Source: Cyanophora paradoxa CCMP329
Lineage: Eukaryota > Plantae > Glaucophyta
Direction: 5' to 3'
Assembly (NCBI GenBank): GCA_004431415.1
Contig: QPMI01000547.1
Coordinates: 1-52,425, forward strand
DNA: 52,425 nucleotides
The translations under genes were made by a program, and so were the position numbers. This document shows positions 47,184 to 52,425 of this stretch, piece by piece. How positions within the stretch are numbered: position 1 is the first letter of the stretch; each line of letters starts with the position of its first letter. The notes beneath the pieces were generated by a model. The model did not search any database, was not told where the DNA came from, and saw only the letters and a list, made by a program, of their open reading frames with translations.

Positions 47184-50100
47184 TTAATTAGAAGCCTCCC
47201 GCGCGGACAGACCGGCGCGGGCAGCGGCGCACGCCGCGTGCGCGTGCCACGGGCGCGCGCACGCGTGCACGCGCGGCTGGCCATGGCCTGCGTTCGGGCC
47301 GGCCCCGCGGGGCGCGAAGGGCGGGGCGGCGGGGTTGAGGGGCCGGCGCGCTGCGGCGCTGGCGGCGGCGGCGTGCTGCCGCAGGGCCGCTGCAATCGCC
47401 TCTGAAGAGAAGGGCACCTGCGGGGCGGAGTCAGGCGGGCCAGAAAGGGGTACGGCGGGATTCAGGGGGGCGCGCCTTGAGCTTCTTGGGGCGCGGGGAG
47501 CGCGGGGCGCGGGGGCCGGCGGGGCGGCGGCGGCGGCGGCGGCGTCGGCTTGGGCGGCGGCGGCCCTCGCTTCGAGCCCGAAGGCCTCGCAGAGGCCGGC
47601 GAGCGCCCCGGCCGCGAGCGCCCCGGCGCCTCCGCCGGCGTCGGGAAGACCAGCAGCGCCCTGCGAACGAAGGGCGAGGCGAGGGTGAGGGCGCACAGCT
47701 CGAGGGTCCGAGGGGGAGGCCGGGGCACTCGAGGACTCGAGGACGAAGCGGCGGATGCCGGCGGGGGCAGCTGCGCCAGCGGCGCGCCAGCGCCGCCGCC
47801 TCCACGACCGCCGCCGCCGCCGGCCCCGGCCCGGCCCGGCCCCGGCCGCGCCTCGAGAAGCACGCCGCACGCGCCCGCCTCGCCACCGCCTCCTGCCGCG
47901 CCGCGCGCCCGTCAGCTCGGCCCCGCGCTCGGCCAGCGCCCCCGCGCGCGCCGAGGAAGGAGCGCACTTCGAAGTCGCAGGGCCGGCGCGCTGCTCCCGC
48001 GCGGCGGGCGCGGCGGCGCCGGCGGCTCCGCGGCGCCTCCGCGGCGGCCTCCTCCGCCGGGCCGGGGGGCGTGCCCGGCGGCCCCGGGGCTGCTTGGCGG
48101 GGTACAGGGCGGAGAGGGGCACGCCGGCGGCGACGCAGGCCGCCTCCACGTCGCCCCGCGCCTCGGCCCCCGCCTCCAGCGCCTGGTGGGCGGGCGGGCG
48201 GCGGGTTCTCGTCAGCGCGGGGGGCGGGGCGGCTCGGTCGGGCCGGCGCGCACGCACCGCGCGTGCAAGCTCGAGGAGACGCCTGCGGCAGGCGGCGGCC
48301 TCGGCGGCCGCCGCGGGCACGCTCGAGAGCGGCGCGAGGCCGGCGACGGCCGCCGCGAGGGCCCCGCGGTCGGCCCCGGCCCGCGCCTCCCGCCCGCGGG
48401 AGAGCAGCGGCTCCAGCGCTCCCGCGAGCGCCTGCGCGAGATCCGTCTCGGCCGAGGGCGAGGCGGGGCACGGGCGCCGTGGCGCGCGCACCCGCTCCGC
48501 CTCTGCCGTGTCGAGCTCCGCGTCGGCGCCGGCGGCGCGGGCGGCGGCGAGGGCGGCCCAGAGGCTGGCGGGGCAGGCGGCGGCGCGCGCCTCGCGCAGG
48601 GCGGCCGCGAGGGCGCAGCGCGCGCGCAGCCGCGCCAGGCGGGCGGGGTCCGGGTCCGGCAGGAGCTCCCCGAAAGCCCCTCGAGCCGGGCGCCGTCCCC
48701 GGCCCGCGCCGCCGCCTCCGCCTCCGCCCACGCCCGGGCCTGGCGTGGCCCGGTCAAGCGAGCGCGGGGAGGGGGAGGGAAGGGGCCGCGGCGCACCGCT
48801 TCGGCGGCCCGCGCTCGCTCCGCGGCGGCCGCCTCGAGCTCAGCTTCTTTGGCCCCCGCCTCCCGCGCCCCGCGCAGCGCCGCCTGAAGCCAAGGGCGCG
48901 TTTGAGAGGACTCGCGAGTGGCGGGGCGGGGCAGGCGGCGCCGGACCTCGAAGCGACGGTCGGCGGCCGGGTCGAGAGGCGCCTGGCTCGCGGCCTCGCG
49001 GACGCGCGCAGCGCGGCCTGCAGAGGGGTCGGAGGTGAGGCGAGCGGGGCGGCGAGGGGGTACGGGGCGGGACCTGGAGCCGCCGGAGGGAGGCGAGGGC
49101 GGCCGGGGCGTCCCCCACCGGGCCCCCGCCTGCGCTCCCGAAGTCAGCCGCGCGCAGGGCCGCGGGCCCGGCCCGGCCCGGCGCGGGCGGGGGGCGGGCC
49201 TGGCGGGCGGCGGCGAGGGCCGGCTCGACTCGGTCCGGGTCCCCGCTCGCCAGCGCGGCCCGCAGCGCGCGCTCCGCCGAGTCCTGCCGGCGCGAGGCTC
49301 TGCGGCCGGCGCCAGCAACGGGACGGAGCCGCGCGCACCCGCCGGCGCTGCGCAAGGGCCCGCTTTCGCTCCTCCCGCTGCTGCTCGGACGCCTCGCGCG
49401 CCTGGGCCTGCCCCCTCCCCTCGGTCACGTGGGGAGCGGTGGCTGGAACGGCCGAGGGCGTACCCGGCAGGTCTCGCAGGCCCCGGGCGCCTCGGGGCAC
49501 GTGCCGGAGGGTCCCGGCAGCGGCCCGCACTCCGCGCCGGCGCCGGCCGGCTCCACGTCGACGGCCTGTCCGAGGCAAGGCGGGGCGGCACGAGTCAGCC
49601 GCTGCGTCTTACACGGGCCGCTGGGCGCCGGGCGGGCGCACGCGGGGGCCCCAGAGGCGGGCGAGGTCGTCCGCCAGCGCCGCGATCGCCACGCCGTCCC
49701 CGGCTGCCCCCTGCCGCGAGGTCAGCGAGAGGCGGAGGAGGAGGAGGAGGGGGGGAGGAGGGGGAGGGGGCGCACGGAGGCGGCGGCCGCGGAGCGGAGG
49801 CGGCGGAGGCAGAAGTCGAGGACGGGCCTCCGGACCGCGGCGCCGCAGCCGGCCTCCATCGCCAGCCGCTCGCACAGGCCCCGCACGCACCGCACCGCCT
49901 GCCCGGCCGTCAGGAGGCGCGCACGAGGCTGGACGGGTGCAGAGCGGGGCGCGCGTCGCGGGTTTTGCCGTTGAGGGCGTCTCGAGGCAGAGGCGGGGCG
50001 CGTTCGCGAGGGCCAGCTCCGGGAGCGTGCGAGCCGCCCCGTCCATCTGCGGACCCGGGCGGATCGAATCAGGAAAGGTTCAAGGCCTAGGCCCCGGGGG

Positions 50101-50632
50101 GCGCCCGGCGCACGGAGTGGAGCGGGGAGACGGGCCCGGCCTCCGCGCAGAGGCTGCGCGGAGTTCGCGCCCCGCTCAGCGAAGACTGCGGAGGGAGGAA
50201 GCGAGGAGGGGCGCAGGCGCACGAGGCGCCGGCGGCGAGGAGCGCGTCGACGACCTCGAAGCAGGAGCCCCAGCACGCCGCCTGCGCACGCCGCCGGGGC
50301 CCCCAAGTCAGAGGGGCAGGGCCGGTCGGATCTAGAGGTCAGAGAAGCGGGTGCCTGCTGGAGCGGGGTGCAGCCGTAGCCGTTGCGGCGCTCGAGGTCG
50401 GGGCGGCGGGCGAGGAGGGCGGCGAGCGGGCGGGCGTCGCCGTAGGCGTCGCAGAGGCGGCACGCGAGGTCCAGCGCCGAGAGGCCCCCGTCCCTGCCCC
50501 CGCGGAGTCGGATTTCAGAGCCTTGAGAGCGAGCGGCGGCGGCGCGGGGGCCGCAGTAGGCCCCCGTCCCTGCCCCGGCGGGGTTACTAGCTGAAGCAGC
50601 GACATGTTACTAAGAGCCTTCGGCTTGACCAT
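47184..50632 (-). CDS. Very GC-rich multi-exon host gene, Ala/Leu-rich protein of unknown function; both ends approximate
   Basis: Protein-like segments across shifting frames (MVKPKALSNMSLLQ; RCVRGLCERLAMEAGCG; VAIAALADDLARLWGPR|AVDVEP; AACRRRLLELARAVR; ELCALTLASPFVRRALLVF; LAGLCEAFGLEAR) with GTGCGC...CAG introns. Confidence 0.5.
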
Positions 50633-50640
50633 TTAGAGCC

Positions 50641-52246
50641 TTAAGAACGAGCGGCGGTAAGGACGAGGGTTGGGAGCCTTGAGAGCGAGCGGGGGCGGCG
50701 CGGGGGCCGGGCGCACGGGTCGGCGAGGACGGGGTCGATGCCGGCGTCCAGCGCCGCCTCGACCGCCTCCAGCGCCCGCCGCGAGGCCGGCCCCCGCGCG
50801 TGCTCCGGGATGAGCTGGCGGTGCGCGTTCGTTCGCCGAGGGTTCGAGGGGAGGGGTACGCGGCGCACGTGGACGGAGGCCTCGAAGACGCCGAGGAGCT
50901 GGGAGAGGGGCGGGACACGGCGCCCGCAGCCGCAGGCGAGGCCGCAGGTGCAGACGGGGCCGCTCCAGTCGGCGGGGCCGGCGGCGTACGACGAGGCGTA
51001 GGCGGCCAGGGTCGCCCGCACGAGCGCCGGCGAGCCCGAGGCGATGGCCCCCGCCAGCGGGCCCCCGCTCAGCGGCGACCTGCGCGGCGGGCGCGTAAGG
51101 GGAGCAAAGAGATAGGGGGTACACGGGGGGCGCGCCCGCCGGCGAAGCCGTTGCAGACGGAGAGGCACGTGGTGAGGACGCGGGCGCGGTACAGAGATGG
51201 ACAGGGGCCGCCCCGCGCCGCCCAGGAGGACGGAGACCAGCCGGGCCCGCCGCTCCTCCGACTCGGCCAGCGCGGCCCTGCGGGAGAGGCGGCGCAGGTC
51301 AGGAGGGCGGCGCTGCGGGCGCGGGCTCCGGGGGCCGCGCGATTGCACCAGAAGCTGCGGGGGTGGTCGCGGGCGGCGCCCCAGAAGCCGCGCTCGGTGC
51401 AGTAGGTCGCGGCGACGGGCCCGTGCGCCGAGTAGAAGTACGCGAGCTCGACGGGCTCATCCGCACGCGCCGCCCGCAGCAGGGGCCCACGTCGGGGTCG
51501 ACGGGCGGCCCCGGGCGCGCGGGGTCGGCCCCCGCGGCGAGGAGCAGGGCGACGATGCGGAGGAGCCGGGGCAGGTCCCGGTCCAGCGAGGCGGCGTCAA
51601 GGCCGCAGTACGCCGGCGCGTGCTGCTTCACCAGCGACGGCGCGCCGGCCGCCGCCGCCTGCCGCGCGCGGCCGGGCGTCAGAGGTGCCGGCTCGGAGCC
51701 GCGGGCGGGCCGGGCCCGCGCGCGCGGGCACCTGCCGGCGGGCGGAGGCCTTGCGGGGGGCGCCCTCCGCGTTCGCCGCGAGGCTGGCCCAGAGGCCGCC
51801 GTACGCCTGGTCCACGAAGCGACGGACCGCGAGCCTGCGCGTGCGCAGCGAACGGCGGGCGCTGAGCGCGCGCGGCCGCCGGATCCGGCCCCATTCGAAT
51901 CCGCGCACCAGAGAGCGGCGTGCAAGTGTAGCGGTCCGCGGAGGGATCGCCGAGCGCGGGGCCGTAGAGCGAGAGCCCCGTGTACGGCTTTCACGTCGTG
52001 CACCTCGTCGGCGAGCTGCGGGCTCGTGCGGAGGAACTTCCTCGACGTACGCGTCGTCGGCCCGGAGGATGGCGGCGAGGAGCGAGGAGCGCGTCCATGT
52101 CTTCGAGCAGGCCGGCTCACACGCGCCGCCCAGGCGCTGCGGCCGCGCGGCGGCCGCATGGCAGCAGCTCGAGCACGCGGGAGGCGGGCGCCATCGAGCG
52201 GTGCGAATGCGCTCGCTGGAGCGGAGGCGATGGCTGGGTATCGCAC
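50641..52246 (-). CDS. Probable ankyrin-repeat-like protein (possible degenerate F-box at the N-terminus), frameshifted in this assembly
   Basis: Ankyrin-like segments LLAAILRADDAYVEE(F)LRTSPQL, LLRIVALLLAAGADP, PLAGAIASGSPALVRATL, VEAALDAGIDP. Confidence 0.45.
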
Positions 52247-52425
52247 GCATGATGGGCTGCGGTCCTGCGGATCGTCGATCCTTTCCGAAGCGGCTGTACC
52301 CCCGCCAGCGCGGGTGCTTCTGCGAAGCCTGCGCAGCTGCAGCTCTAGCTAAGCTCGAGCTCGGGGCATCTTCTCGGCTAGCTTCATGCACGCCTCTGCA
52401 GCTGACTTGCCTGCCCCAGAGCCGA

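Larger units (their letters stand above)
33518..49680. repeat. Tandem segmental duplication: 33518-41759 repeated as 41760-49680 (X right end + R + ~6.7 kb host DNA)
   Basis: Junction ...GTCCGCCAG-CGC-ACTCGGCAAG at 41760-41762 joins host sequence to X-internal sequence through CGC microhomology. R has 4 copies in the first unit and 2 in the second. Confidence 0.9.

Noticed and set aside
39574-50335. Very long + strand ORFs (734, 666, 952 aa)
   Set aside because: Arg/Gly/Pro-rich shadow frames of extremely GC-rich DNA; protein-like segments and splice signals are on the minus strand.

Overview
GC-rich, intron-dense eukaryotic nuclear DNA (short 50-90 bp GT-AG introns, many GTGCG donors; probably a unicellular alga or protist, organism not determinable). 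Bases 1-35062 are a head-to-tail array of a PIF/Harbinger-family DNA transposon system. It has 26-27 bp imperfect TIRs (GAGCCTTCTCAT... / ...ATGAGAAGGCTC) and a shared ~530 bp left arm (S). Two complementary element forms alternate. Form Y carries an intact 7-exon Harbinger DDE transposase and a convergent Myb/SANT-like gene, but has no right TIR. Form X has both TIRs and no transposase, and carries one ~1,000 aa, 11-12 intron gene of unrecognised family (ORF3). The order is X, Y/X deletion chimera, Y, X, Y, X, X. Each right TIR is followed by 2-4 copies of a 151 bp unit (R), and every left TIR sits at exactly the same position, 5 bp after a 13 bp AAGCGATCGCCGG motif that also occurs in the element's subterminal arms. 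After the array, a ~7.9-8.2 kb tandem duplication (33518-41759 / 41760-49680) copies the X right end plus host DNA: a type I membrane protein gene and the 3' part of a GC-rich gene. An ankyrin-like gene ends the window. Copies differ almost only by 1-bp indels, so many apparent frameshifts are probably long-read errors.
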